Of a DNA stretch of 64,000 nt, positions 63,695 to 64,000 are shown piece after piece (the stretch's first letter is position 1; each line of letters begins with the position of its first letter). A model generated the notes under the pieces. That model saw only the letters and a program-made list of their open reading frames with translations. It was not told the DNA's origin and did not search any database. The stretch comes from Hemiscyllium ocellatum (Eukaryota): contig NC_083408.1 in NCBI RefSeq assembly GCF_020745735.1, positions 38,532,484 through 38,596,483 on the forward strand. Reading direction: 5' to 3'. Both the position numbers and the translations under genes were made by a program.

Positions 63695-64000
63695 CATGAG
63701 GCTGGAAGAACACAGCGAGCCAGGCAGCATCAGGAGGTGGAGAAGTTGATGCTTCGGATGTAACCCTTCTTTGGGACTGGGACTGGGTGTAAGGGGAGCT
63801 GCAGATAAAGGGGGTGGAGGGGGCAGGGTGGTGAAGTGGGGATAAGTGAAGACAAGTAGAGGGTACGACCTGTTTGGTCAATGGGAGGAATGAATCCGGT
63901 ACGTGGTGGGAGGAGTGGGAGGGGCTGGGAAGTGATTCAGGGAAGGGAAGACAGGTTATTGAATTTGAAGAACTCAGTGTTGACTCCTCCAAGCTAGAGG
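63695..64000 (-). mobile_element. PLE 3' end (runs off the window)
   Basis: Reverse complement ccaaagaagggttacatccgaagcatc tail and G-rich UTR. Confidence 0.7.

Overview
Eukaryotic, repeat-rich vertebrate genomic DNA, almost certainly a shark (HE1-type tRNA SINEs, CR1/L2 LINEs, Penelope-like elements). It has one 131-nt N gap. Two protein-coding first exons point away from each other: PCNX1 (pecanex 1; minus strand, 32101-31949, with intron 1 filling the left half of the window) and MAP3K9/MLK1 (plus strand, 61296-61598; poly-Glu tract plus half of an SH3 domain). Each has a CpG-rich promoter, and their start codons are about 29 kb apart. Nearly all other ORFs in the track are retroelement fragments or chance ORFs. 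Highlights: (1) about 15 minimal hammerhead-ribozyme motifs in Penelope-derived tails, including a TSD-flanked 106-bp palindrome with a hammerhead on each strand (43221-43326); (2) an intron splitting the MAP3K9 SH3 domain; (3) a tRNA-headed, apparently ORF1-less LINE with its internally deleted SINE derivatives; (4) a 99-bp-arm inverted repeat and a candidate recursive-splice site or poison microexon in PCNX1 intron 1; (5) uORFs in the PCNX1 leader; (6) an unexplained A-rich island ending in a PPT and an LTR-like segment. Everything was read by eye. Repeat boundaries are approximate unless a TSD is given, and comparisons with human genes are from memory.
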